Source: Myxococcota bacterium
GTDB taxonomy: Bacteria; Myxococcota_A; Polyangia; Polyangiales; Sandaracinaceae
DNA: 64,000 nucleotides
Direction: 5' to 3'
NCBI GenBank assembly: GCA_036149055.1
Contig: JAYZQJ010000182.1
Span: 32,001 to 96,000, forward strand
This document shows positions 32,886 to 43,662 of the stretch, piece after piece. Each line of letters begins with the position of its first letter. The first letter of the stretch is position 1. The translations under genes and the position numbers were made by a program. The notes beneath the pieces are model-generated. The model was not told the DNA's origin, did not search any database, and was given only the letters and a program-made list of their open reading frames with translations.

Positions 32886-33311
32886 ATGCCCGACATGCCC
32901 CCGCTCCCGGAGTCGCAGATCGAGAAGCTGCAGGCGATGGCCGCCGCCGCGAAGGAGGACGGCGCCTCCGAGCCGCGCGCGCTCCCGATCGACTGGTCGA
33001 CCGAGCCGGCCCCGGTCGCCGCGAACGGCGTGCAGGTGCTCGGCAGCCCCACCCAGATGGCGCTGATCTTCACCGACATGGTGCCCTTCCCCGGGCGGCT
33101 CGCGAAGGACGACGTGGTCGGCGAGGAGCGCGCGCGCATCGTCGCGTCGCTGCGGCTGAACCCCGACGCCTACTTCCAGATGCTCTGCGCGATGGCGAAC
33201 AACTGGAACAAGTTCGCGCTCGAGAACATCGACCCCCGCATGCGGCAGCCGCGCTTCAAGCTGATCGATGGCGGCGACACGCAGCTCTACGGGATGAAAA
33301 AAGAGGAGTGA
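32886..33311 (+). CDS. Hypothetical protein (DUF3467-like)
   Basis: AANGVQV..SP.QMALIF, ARIVASLRL.P..Y.QML pattern; TGcTAGCTT -10 box 6 nt upstream. Confidence 0.6.
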   Translation: MPDMPPLPESQIEKLQAMAAAAKEDGASEPRALPIDWSTEPAPVAANGVQVLGSPTQMALIFTDMVPFPGRLAKDDVVGEERARIVASLRLNPDAYFQMLCAMANNWNKFALENIDPRMRQPRFKLIDGGDTQLYGMKKEE

Positions 33312-33431
33312 CGGGGGAGATCTCGGGGCGGCCCGCGTAGCCGCCCTCCGCCGCCACGCGGGCGTGTGCGTCGTGACGCGCGCGCTCCCCGCCGCGCCCC
33401 GAGATCGTTCGGGTTCTCGGGCCGGCTCGGG

Positions 33432-33446
33432 TGGCACGCGCGCTGC
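33432..33446 (+). promoter_or_regulatory. Sigma54 -24/-12 promoter
   Basis: TGGCACGCGCGCTGC, GG-N10-GC. Confidence 0.6.
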
Positions 33447-33460
33447 GATGCAGGGGGGAC

Positions 33461-35026
33461 ATGCCCCGCCTCGCCGCCCTCCTCGCCCTCTCCCTCGCCG
33501 CCTGCGGCGCCCCGATCGAGCACGAGCCGTACGAGCCGCCGGCCGTCGAGCCGACCGCCGACGCCGGCGCTCCTCGCCCGGACGCCCGGACCGAGACCGC
33601 GGCGAGCCCGGCGCCCGAGCCGGCGCCGACCTGCGAGGCCCGGATCGAGGCGCGCGGGCTCGAGGCGCCGAGCGAGGCCCACGCGCGCTTCGTGCGCGGC
33701 CTGCCCGAGATCGTGGTGCACGGCCGGGTCACCCCGGTGCTCTTCCTCCGCTGGCCGGACGAGGCGCCGCGCGGGGACACGGCCCGGGTCGCGCGTGAGG
33801 CGATCGAGCGCTCGCGCCGCCCCCACCGGGCCGTGCGGGCGCTCCTCGAGGCCCACGCCGGCGACCGGGCGTTCCTGCGCGAGGTGCTGCTCTCGGACGG
33901 CTACCTCTTCGCGCGCCGGCCCGACGTCGCCCGCGCGCTGTCGGCCGAGGTGGATCTCGAGACGCTCTTCGACGCGCCCCGGATCGTGCGCGAGCGGGAC
34001 GGCCAGCTGGAGTCCCTGACCCGCGGCGACGACGGCTACCTCGACCCCGAGGGCGCGCCCGCCCGCCTGCGGCTCCACGACCGGGTCGGCGTGGAGCTCC
34101 CGGACGCGCCCCTCGGGATCGCGCTCGAGCCGGTCCGCGCCCAGACCGGCGCGCTCCGCACCCTGCCGCTGGCGCTCGGCGAGGACGCGGCGGCGCTGAC
34201 GCTCGTCTTCCCCGACGGGACCCGGCGCCCGGCGCTGGTCGAGCTCACCGAGGGGCGGACCGAGGTCGCCTGCGTCGGTGGAGACCTCGACACCCTGCAG
34301 GAGACGGTGGCCCACGCCGCGCGCTTCCGGACCCGGCACGCGCGGATCACCGCGGCGGCTCGCCTGATGGCCTCGCAGCGGGTGCGCTTCGACGAGCCGA
34401 TCGGCGAGCCCGAGGGGGTGCAGGAGGACGGCCGGCTCCGCCAGGCGTGGTGGCAGGCCTACCGGGCCGGGCGCACCGAGTACGTCTACCGCGACGTCAC
34501 CTACCCGGTCTTCGCCGACGACGGCGAGGCGCGCCCCCCGCAGGTCTGCATCGACTTCGTGCTCGACGCCTACGACCGCGCGCTCGACGCCTTCTACCGC
34601 CCGGCCGGCGAGGCCCCCGGCCGCGAGCCCGGCGGCTTCGCCGACGTGGAGGGGCTGCCCCGCCGCAACGTCTCGGAGCTGATCCGGCACTCGGCGACCG
34701 ACGCCCGCGTCTTCGACCGCTGGGACGTGCCGCGGCGGGACCGCGTGTCGCTCTCCGAGGGCCGCGCCTACGCGCGCGCCGCCGGCCGCTGGGCGGAGGA
34801 GGTCCGGGAAGGCGACCTGCTCGTGATCCACGGGCTGCGCCTCCAGGACGGGCGGCTGCACAACCACGCGATCCTCGTGCTCCGCACCGAGCCGATCACC
34901 GGCGTGCCGATGGTGGTGGCCGACAACCAGGGCCGGGCGCACCTCCGCTCGCTGGTCGGGGCGATGCGCGCGGCTCCGCTCCGCGCCGTGAAGCAGCGCC
35001 TCCGCCCCCGCTTCGACCTCCTCTGA
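33461..35026 (+). CDS. Lipoprotein with possible C-terminal NlpC/P60-like (Cys-His) domain
   Basis: LSLAAC lipobox; QVCIDFV, EGDLLVI, HNHAILV, VADN. Confidence 0.6.
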   Translation: MPRLAALLALSLAACGAPIEHEPYEPPAVEPTADAGAPRPDARTETAASPAPEPAPTCEARIEARGLEAPSEAHARFVRGLPEIVVHGRVTPVLFLRWPDEAPRGDTARVAREAIERSRRPHRAVRALLEAHAGDRAFLREVLLSDGYLFARRPDVARALSAEVDLETLFDAPRIVRERDGQLESLTRGDDGYLDPEGAPARLRLHDRVGVELPDAPLGIALEPVRAQTGALRTLPLALGEDAAALTLVFPDGTRRPALVELTEGRTEVACVGGDLDTLQETVAHAARFRTRHARITAAARLMASQRVRFDEPIGEPEGVQEDGRLRQAWWQAYRAGRTEYVYRDVTYPVFADDGEARPPQVCIDFVLDAYDRALDAFYRPAGEAPGREPGGFADVEGLPRRNVSELIRHSATDARVFDRWDVPRRDRVSLSEGRAYARAAGRWAEEVREGDLLVIHGLRLQDGRLHNHAILVLRTEPITGVPMVVADNQGRAHLRSLVGAMRAAPLRAVKQRLRPRFDLL

Positions 35027-35073
35027 GCGTCGATTCCCGGCAACCGGCGACGCGGCGGGTTATCCTGCGCGCC

Positions 35074-36897
<1,824 letters not shown>

Positions 36898-37016
36898 GCG
36901 AGCGTAGGCGGAACCCGTCAGAGCCTGACATCGATGTCGCAGCTCCCGGACCAGAGTCGATCCGCGCTGACTGGAATCAACGCAGATCTGCCCCGATCTC
37001 GGGGATCCGGGGTGAG

Positions 37017-37032
37017 TGGCACCGCGATTGCA
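37017..37032 (+). promoter_or_regulatory. Sigma54 -24/-12 promoter
   Basis: TGGCACCGCGATTGCA, close to consensus TGGCAC-N5-TTGCA. Confidence 0.8.
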
Positions 37033-37044
37033 CTGAGGAGGCTC

Positions 37045-37608
37045 GTGACCCGAGCCGTTCTCGCGCTCGCGATGACCCCCGTGATGAGCAGCTGCGTACT
37101 CCTCAGCCCCCCGAACTACGACGACCCGCCCGACCTGCCTTCCCAGGTGTTCGGGCGCGGCGAGAGTCAGATGAGCGACATCGGGCGCATCGACCTCGAC
37201 CTCGCGGGCGGCGGCGGCGGCGACGCGGGCGAGGGCAACGAGGTCCGGCTCGAGGCGCTGGTGGTCGACCTGAACGTGACCCAGCCGCTCGTGGGCCAGG
37301 TCTTCCTGAACTACCGGCGCGACTCCGACCAGAACCTGCCTCTCGTCGAGGACCTGCCCATCCCGGTGTCGGGCGAGCGCGAGCGCTTCGTCAGCTTCTC
37401 CATCCCGCGCACCGAGCCCCGGCTCGAGGCCGGCCAGTGCTTCTCGGTGGAGCTGCACGTCGCGGCCCGCTTCGAGGGGCGCCGCAACCCGCGCCCGCCG
37501 GAGGGCGTGCCGCTCGCGGTCGGCCGCTGGTTCATCGAGGTCGTGAACTCCGAGACCCTCAGCGCTCCCGCGGGCACCTGCGGCGAGGGGAGGTTCGGAG
37601 ACCCGTGA
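37045..37608 (+). CDS. Hypothetical lipoprotein
   Basis: GTG start then RAVLALAMTPVMSSC lipobox-like; overlaps next gene (GTGA). Confidence 0.65.
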   Translation: MTRAVLALAMTPVMSSCVLLSPPNYDDPPDLPSQVFGRGESQMSDIGRIDLDLAGGGGGDAGEGNEVRLEALVVDLNVTQPLVGQVFLNYRRDSDQNLPLVEDLPIPVSGERERFVSFSIPRTEPRLEAGQCFSVELHVAARFEGRRNPRPPEGVPLAVGRWFIEVVNSETLSAPAGTCGEGRFGDP

Positions 37609-39371
37609 GGCGCACGCTCTCCCAGGGCCTGCTCGGCCTCCTGCTGCTCGCCGGCGCCGGCGCCGGCTGCTCGGTCCTCGTGAGCGAGGGCCCGACGAAC
37701 GTCTGCGGCTCGGACGCGGACTGCCCGAGCGGCGCCTGCGACGCCGACCGCGGCATGTGCGTGGCGACCCCGAGCCGCGCCTATCGGGTCGGCCTCGAGG
37801 TCTACCCGGCGGCCGACCCGTTCGGTGGCAGCGTGGTGCCGGTGAGCTTCGAGCCGTTCGAGCTCGAGGCGACGACCGAGCGCGAGCTGGAGCTGCCGCT
37901 CGGCACCTCGACGATGGGGCACGTGCGCGACACCTCGACCGGCGCGTCGGTGACCGCGAGCCTGCGCCTCACGATGGTCAGCGCCATCCCCGGCGGGCCC
38001 AGCTTCGCCGTCGACGTGCAGTCGGAGTCGGAGACGATGGAGGACCCCCGCCGCGACGGCGAGGTGGTCAACTTCGCCACCCAGATCCTGCCGGGGCGCC
38101 GCTACCAGCTGGTCGTGCAGCCCACCGCGGCGTGGGTCGCCAAGCGGCCGCCGATCCGCCCGGGCACCGAGTACATGAGCCCCGAGGCGGGCGTCGCGCG
38201 CATCGACTTCCTCGCCTACCCCGACTTCTGCAGCACCCCCGAGCTGCTCGAGCCGCCGGAGGCCGGCTGCCTCGTCCGCGTCCGCGGCGTGGTCGTCGAC
38301 GCCGAGGGCGCCGAGCAGGACGGCCTGCTGCTCCGCGCGGTGACCGCGGGCGGGCGCGTGCTCAGCTCGACGATGACCACCGGCGAGGATCCGGAGCTCG
38401 GCGCCGGCCGGTTCGACCTGGTGATGTTCCACCGCGACTGGGCGAGCAGCGACGGCTGGTTCCTCGAGATCACCCCGAGCGGTGAGCGGATCGCGGCCGA
38501 CGGCCCGGCGCCGACCTTCACCGTCGACCCCGCCGGGCTCTTCGAGGACGCGGGCGTCGTGACCGTGCTGATGCCCACGCCGGCCGCCATCGTCACCTAC
38601 GAGGGCTGGGTCGAGAGTCGCGCGGGCGTCCCGGTCGACGGCGCGTCCCTCCGGTTCACCTCCACCGACGTCGTCGACGACGCCACCGGGGTGGTGGGCC
38701 GCTTCTCGGCCACCGCGACCACCGAGGCCGGCCGCTACTCGGTCCGCCTCCTGCCCGGCACCTACGACGTGATCGTCACCCCGCCGGCCCGCGAGTCCGG
38801 CCTCGCCGTGCTCCGCGAGTCGGGCGTCGTCATCACCGGGCCCGAGGGCTCGACCACGCTGGCCGGGCAGCTCTTCGAGATCCCGGAGCGCGTGCCCTTC
38901 GGCGGCACGGTGCGGACCACCATCGGCGAGGGCATGCTCGACGCCCAGGTCCGGGCCACCCCGCGCGGCACGACCTTCGGCGATCCGCCGGTCGAGGTGG
39001 CCCGCTTCGCCCGATCCGCAACCACGTCGACCGACCTCGACGGCCGCTTCGCCCTGCCCCTGGACGTGGGCGTCTACGACCTCGTCGTGGAGCCGCCGGC
39101 GGGCAGCAACTTCCCCTGGCTGGTCCTCCCCGACAACCCCGTCCGCTCCGACGTGCCCGTCACGAACGTGTACGATCTCCAGAACCCGGTGCTGCTCAGC
39201 GGCACGGCGCGGTTCGCGGGCGAAGGCGAGATGATCCCGGTGAACGGCGGTGAGATCCGCGCCTACGCCGTGCTCGAGGGAGACGACGGGCGCGAGCGGG
39301 CGGTGCAGATCGGTCGGGCCTCGATCGATCCCGAAGGCCGCTACACGCTGCTCCTCCCGCCGTCGATCTGA
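37605..39371 (+). CDS. Lipoprotein with Cys-rich N-terminus and carboxypeptidase-regulatory-like (CarboxypepD_reg) beta domains
   Basis: LLLLAGAGAGC lipobox; C.SDADCPSGAC; repeated T…GRY/F…L.PG.YD..V.PP motifs. Confidence 0.7.
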   Translation: MRRTLSQGLLGLLLLAGAGAGCSVLVSEGPTNVCGSDADCPSGACDADRGMCVATPSRAYRVGLEVYPAADPFGGSVVPVSFEPFELEATTERELELPLGTSTMGHVRDTSTGASVTASLRLTMVSAIPGGPSFAVDVQSESETMEDPRRDGEVVNFATQILPGRRYQLVVQPTAAWVAKRPPIRPGTEYMSPEAGVARIDFLAYPDFCSTPELLEPPEAGCLVRVRGVVVDAEGAEQDGLLLRAVTAGGRVLSSTMTTGEDPELGAGRFDLVMFHRDWASSDGWFLEITPSGERIAADGPAPTFTVDPAGLFEDAGVVTVLMPTPAAIVTYEGWVESRAGVPVDGASLRFTSTDVVDDATGVVGRFSATATTEAGRYSVRLLPGTYDVIVTPPARESGLAVLRESGVVITGPEGSTTLAGQLFEIPERVPFGGTVRTTIGEGMLDAQVRATPRGTTFGDPPVEVARFARSATTSTDLDGRFALPLDVGVYDLVVEPPAGSNFPWLVLPDNPVRSDVPVTNVYDLQNPVLLSGTARFAGEGEMIPVNGGEIRAYAVLEGDDGRERAVQIGRASIDPEGRYTLLLPPSI

Positions 39372-39483
39372 GGCTCGCCGCCCCGACGACGGAAGCGGCT
39401 GATTCCGGCCGCTTAGCCGATATCTGGGGTGCGAAGCAGCCGAATTCCCGGAAACCCGGGCGAATTTCTTCCTGCTTCCTACT

Positions 39484-39513
39484 TGTAACCGACGCGGGGA
39501 TGTGGCGTAGAAT
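39484..39513 (+). promoter_or_regulatory. Candidate ECF-type promoter of the MNIO operon
   Basis: TGTAACC-N15-CGTA (also overlapping TAGAAT); resembles GTAACC-N16-CGAA SigF/ECF16 promoters. Confidence 0.4.
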
Positions 39514-39604
39514 GCGCGTCGACCTCAAAGTCGGTCGCCGCTGACGAGATGTCCTCGGGCGCGACCCATTCGAACAGAGAACTGTTGTTCGGGGAGAATT
39601 TGGA

Positions 39605-39895
39605 ATGAACACGAAGCTCAAGACCCAGCTGGTGGCGATTGCGGCTGCTTCTCTCGGTCTCGCGGCCTACGGCTGCGGTGGCGGCGACGCCGAGGCGGGT
39701 GGCGACACCGGCGGCGAAGAGGCCACCGGTGGTGGCGAGGCGTCCTGCTCGGGTGCCGGCGAGGCGTCCTGCTCGGGCGCTGGCGAGGCCTCCTGCTCCG
39801 GCGCCACCGAGGGTGGCGAGGACATGGGCGCCGAGGGTGACGAGGCTGGCGGCGAGGCGTCCTGTGGCGCTGGCAGCTGCGGCGCGGCCGAGTGA
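39605..39895 (+). CDS. RiPP precursor for DUF692/MNIO: signal peptide + GEASCSGA x3 + EASCGAGSCG
   Basis: MNTKLK…LGLAAYGC signal/lipobox; three 24-nt tandem repeats 39734-39805; immediately upstream of DUF692. Confidence 0.85.
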   Translation: MNTKLKTQLVAIAAASLGLAAYGCGGGDAEAGGDTGGEEATGGGEASCSGAGEASCSGAGEASCSGATEGGEDMGAEGDEAGGEASCGAGSCGAAE

Positions 39896-39935
39896 TCTGA
39901 GCCCCATCTCTCGCGCGATCACCGCGTGAGGCTCG

Positions 39936-39967
39936 TCGCGGGAGTTTCCGAAAGGGGGCTCCCGCGA
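39936..39967 (+). terminator. Stem-loop between precursor and MNIO gene (stabiliser/attenuator)
   Basis: TCGCGGGAGTTTCC-GAAA-GGGGGCTCCCGCGA, GNRA loop. Confidence 0.6.
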
Positions 39968-39991
39968 TGTGTTTAAGGCCCCGAACCAGTC

Positions 39992-40867
39992 ATGCTTCCC
40001 GTGATGAACGAAGTCGAAGGCATCGGCCTCGGGCTCCGCCACGACCTGGCGGAGGAGCTGCTCGAGCGTCGCCCGGACGAGGTCCGCTGGCTCGAGATCC
40101 ACCCCGAGAACTACGTCGCCCGCGGCGGGCTCTTCGCCCAGAACCTCGAGCGCGCGATGGAGACCTGGCGCCTGGTCCCGCACGGGCTCTCGCTCTGCCT
40201 CGGCACGGTCACCCCGTTCGACCCCGCCTACAAGAAGCAGCTCGCGGCGCTCCTCGATCGCGTCGGGGCCCCCTGGTACAGCGACCACCTCTGCTTCGCC
40301 GACGTCGACGGCAGCTTCCTCCACGATCTGCTCCCCCTGCCCTTCTCGAAGGAGACGGTGCAGACGGTGAAGGAGCGGGTCGACGAGGTGCAGCAGGCGA
40401 TCGGCCGGCCGGTCGCGGTCGAGAACATCAGCTTCTACGCCGACCCGGCGCCGCGCCGCGGCTGGACCGAGCCCGAGTTCCTCTGCGAGGTGCTCGAGGC
40501 GGCCGACTGCAAGCTCCTGCTCGACGTGAACAACGTCTACGTCAACAGCGTGAACCACGGCTTCGACCCCGAGCCCTACATCGACATGCTGCCCCACGAG
40601 CGCGTGGTGCAGATGCACGTGGCCGGGCACTTCACCCGCAAGGACGCGCTGATCATCGACACCCACGGCGAGCCGGTCTGCGACGGGGTCTACGCGCTGC
40701 TCGAGCACACCCTGGAGCGCACCGGGCCCCGGCCCGTGCTGCTGGAGCGCGACCAGAACATCCCGCCCCTCGACGAGCTGCTCGGCGAGGTGCGCCAGCT
40801 GACCGAGATCTACGAGCGCGCCACCGCACGGCACGCCGAGCTGCGCCACGGGGACGCCGCCGAGTGA
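39992..40867 (+). CDS. DUF692 family multinuclear non-heme iron oxidative enzyme (MNIO)
   Basis: GIGLGLR, WLEIHPENY, HGLSL, SDHL, HDLLPLP, ENIS, LLDVNNVYV, HVAGH, IDTHG, LERD. Confidence 0.95.
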   Translation: MLPVMNEVEGIGLGLRHDLAEELLERRPDEVRWLEIHPENYVARGGLFAQNLERAMETWRLVPHGLSLCLGTVTPFDPAYKKQLAALLDRVGAPWYSDHLCFADVDGSFLHDLLPLPFSKETVQTVKERVDEVQQAIGRPVAVENISFYADPAPRRGWTEPEFLCEVLEAADCKLLLDVNNVYVNSVNHGFDPEPYIDMLPHERVVQMHVAGHFTRKDALIIDTHGEPVCDGVYALLEHTLERTGPRPVLLERDQNIPPLDELLGEVRQLTEIYERATARHAELRHGDAAE

Positions 40868-41613
40868 GCGAGCTGGGCGACATCCAGCGCGCCTTCGCGC
40901 GCATGTGCTTCGACCGCGCCCCGGCCGACGCCGACCTCGACCGCCTCCACGGAGAGCGCGAGCGGTGGCTGATCTATCGCAGCATGGTGCGGAGCCGGCT
41001 GTTCGCCATGATGCGCAGCGGGCTGCCCAAGACGGCCGCGCTCCTCGGCGACGAGCGCTTCGACGCGGCGGTCGCCGACTACCTCGAGGCCCACACGCCC
41101 CGGACCCGGTTCATCCGCGAGGTCGTGCACGAGCTGGTCACCCACGCGCTGCCGGAGTGGGAGCGCGACCCGACGCTCCCGCACCTCGGCGACCTGGCGC
41201 GGTGGGAGGACACGAAGTGGCGAGTCGGCGCGATGGAGGAGCGGGAGGCGCCGGCCGAGGAGCTCGACTTCGAGCGGCCCGCGGTCATCAACCCGGTGCT
41301 CGAGACCCTCGAGGTCACCCACCGCGTGGACAAGGACCACCTCGCGCCGCCGACGCTCGACGAGCCTCACCTGATGCTCGTCTACCGCAAGCCGGGCGGC
41401 TCGCGGCTGTTCACCTACGTGCTCAACGACGTGGGCGCCCGCCTCTTCCGCGCCTGGTGCGCGCCGGATCGCAGCTGCGCCGACGGAGTGCGCGCGGTCC
41501 TCGAGGGGCTCGGCCGCGACAAGCCGACGCCGCGCTTCCTCGAGGGCATGGCGTCGGTGCTCGCGGACCTGGTGGCGCAGCGGGTGGTGCTCGGATCACC
41601 GCCGCGCTTGTAA
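40864..41613 (+). CDS. DUF2063/HvfC/BufC-type MNIO partner (RRE-containing)
   Basis: Q.AFA, RWLIYR, LPKTAALLGDERFDAAVADYL, DLARWE; GTGA overlap with MNIO. Confidence 0.8.
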   Translation: MSELGDIQRAFARMCFDRAPADADLDRLHGERERWLIYRSMVRSRLFAMMRSGLPKTAALLGDERFDAAVADYLEAHTPRTRFIREVVHELVTHALPEWERDPTLPHLGDLARWEDTKWRVGAMEEREAPAEELDFERPAVINPVLETLEVTHRVDKDHLAPPTLDEPHLMLVYRKPGGSRLFTYVLNDVGARLFRAWCAPDRSCADGVRAVLEGLGRDKPTPRFLEGMASVLADLVAQRVVLGSPPRL

Positions 41614-41753
41614 CGGCACCACCCTCCCATCGTATCCTCTGGGCGCCCGGGGAGGGGGGACCTCCGTGGGTGAATGCGAGCCGGCCGCGCTCCGTCGCAG
41701 GTGCGGCAGCCCGAGCGCGCGCCGGCCTGAACGACACAGCCCCCGAGGAGCCC

Positions 41754-42383
41754 ATGCGTACGACGATCCGCGTTTCCCTGATCCTGGCCGCGCTCACGCT
41801 CGGCCTCACCAGCCTGGCCTCGGCGCAGTCGCGCGAGTTCACCATTCGCAACGACGGTGGCAGCCGCATCCAGTTCATCTCGGACGCGCCCCTCGAGACG
41901 ATCACCGGCGTCAGCTCGCACGTGACCGGCACCGTGAACGTGAACCCGAGCGATCTGTCGAGCGCCCGCGGCACCATCCAGGTCCGGGTCGCCTCCATCC
42001 GCACCGGCGTCGACCTGCGCGACGAGCACCTCCGCGGCGACGGCTGGCTCGACGCCGAGCGCTACGAGAACGCGACCTTCGAGATCACCCGCGTCGAGGG
42101 CGCGAGCAGCCTGAGCCCCAACCAGACGACGCGGGTTCGCATCCACGGCCGCTTCTCGCTCCACGGCGTGACCCGCGACGTCGTCGCCAACGCGCGCGTC
42201 CGGCTCATCCCCCTCAACGACGAGCTCCGCGCCGCCCGCATCACCGGCGACGTCATCCGCGCCCAGGCCAGCTTCCGTGTGCAGCTCACCGACTACAACG
42301 TCTCGGTCCCGCTCCCGGTCCGCCTGAAGGTCGCGAACGAGATCCGCGTCAACGTGACGATCCGCGCGGTGGCCAGCGAGTAG
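41754..42383 (+). CDS. YceI family periplasmic lipid/polyisoprenoid-binding protein
   Basis: Signal peptide; SIRTGVDLRDEHL, WLDAE.Y..ATF, G.FSLHGVTRDV. Confidence 0.9.
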   Translation: MRTTIRVSLILAALTLGLTSLASAQSREFTIRNDGGSRIQFISDAPLETITGVSSHVTGTVNVNPSDLSSARGTIQVRVASIRTGVDLRDEHLRGDGWLDAERYENATFEITRVEGASSLSPNQTTRVRIHGRFSLHGVTRDVVANARVRLIPLNDELRAARITGDVIRAQASFRVQLTDYNVSVPLPVRLKVANEIRVNVTIRAVASE

Positions 42384-42449
42384 GTCGCCAAGGCGACCTG
42401 CTCGCCCCGTGCCCCTGCCCGTGCCCGAGAGCTCGAGCGCACTCCTACG

Positions 42450-43628
42450 CTAGGGCTTGTAGAGCGTGATCCGGGCCGACTCGCCCCCGGTGCGCGTCGC
42501 GAACAGGATCACCCCGTGCTCGGGCAGGCTCGCCGACACGGTGCGCGAGAGCTCCGCGGGGAGCGGGCTCGTCGACTCGAGCGCCCAGCGATCGGCGCTC
42601 GGGTCGTAGCGGTGCAGCTCGCCGCTGACGAAGAGGACCAGGAAGTCCCCGTTCGTCGGGTCGACCGTGACCCAGCCGCCGGCGGCGCCGCCGCTGACCG
42701 TGCGGATCTGGGCCGGGGAGTCGGTCACCCGGGTCGAGACGCCGGCGCGGTCCATGACGTAGACCGACGTGTTGCCGTCGCCGCCGCCGTAGAGCAGCGC
42801 CCCGCGCGCCTCCGACCAGGCGCCGAAGGTGTGCAGCTGGCTGTGAAAGAGGGACTCGCCGAGCCGGGTCTGGGTGTCGGTGGCCGGATCGTAGGCGAAG
42901 AGGATCGAGTCGTTCTCGCCGCGGCCGTGCACGACGCCGAGCCCGGGGACCCACTCGGCGAAGTCGCGGGCGGTGTGGTTGCCCTCGGGCAGCTCGCCGC
43001 GCTCCCACTGGTCGCACGCGAGGTCGTAGGTCCAGAGGCCCCGGCCCCGGTAGAAGTGGAGCCGCCGCGCCTCGGGATCGAAGGCGTTCCGGTCGTAGCC
43101 GTGGTTCGTGTAGCCCCAGACGCTCCCCTCGAAGTCGAGCCAGGGCGGCAGCGTGCCGCGGATCCACGTGTTGGTGCGCAGGCAGTACACGGAGAAGCCC
43201 GGGATCGTCAGGTGGCCGCCGCCGTAGTGCAGGATGCACTGCGAGGTGGGATCCCAGATCGCGGTGTCGGCCCAGGAGAGATCGTGTCCGCCGTCGGTGT
43301 TCCGGAAGTAGCCCTCGGGCGCCGTCGTCTCGTACTGCGCCCACTCGCCGGAGCGCATCGCCGCGGCGAGCTCGTCGAAGGCACGCGCCCCGTCGACCGC
43401 CACCGCCGGCGCGTCCGGACCGGGCAGGATGCCGGTGGCGCAGCCCGGTGGCCCCGCGTCGGGCGCGGTGACGCCTCCGTCGGTCGGCGTGGTCGCGTCG
43501 GGGAGCGCGGCCGGGCCGCCGTCGTCGACGCCGGAGCCGGCGTCGGGGCTGGGCTCGCTCGCGTCGGGCGCGACAGGCGCAGGATCGCACGCGGTGACGG
43601 TCAGCACGAGGAAGAGGGCGCGGTACAT
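42450..43628 (-). CDS. Lipoprotein with Kelch-like beta-propeller
   Basis: LTVTAC lipobox, DAG-rich linker, repeated YDP…W and YGGG motifs. Confidence 0.65.
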   Translation of the reverse strand: MYRALFLVLTVTACDPAPVAPDASEPSPDAGSGVDDGGPAALPDATTPTDGGVTAPDAGPPGCATGILPGPDAPAVAVDGARAFDELAAAMRSGEWAQYETTAPEGYFRNTDGGHDLSWADTAIWDPTSQCILHYGGGHLTIPGFSVYCLRTNTWIRGTLPPWLDFEGSVWGYTNHGYDRNAFDPEARRLHFYRGRGLWTYDLACDQWERGELPEGNHTARDFAEWVPGLGVVHGRGENDSILFAYDPATDTQTRLGESLFHSQLHTFGAWSEARGALLYGGGDGNTSVYVMDRAGVSTRVTDSPAQIRTVSGGAAGGWVTVDPTNGDFLVLFVSGELHRYDPSADRWALESTSPLPAELSRTVSASLPEHGVILFATRTGGESARITLYKP

Positions 43629-43662
43629 GCACCCATCGTCGTCGTCTGGGCGCGCGCGTCGA

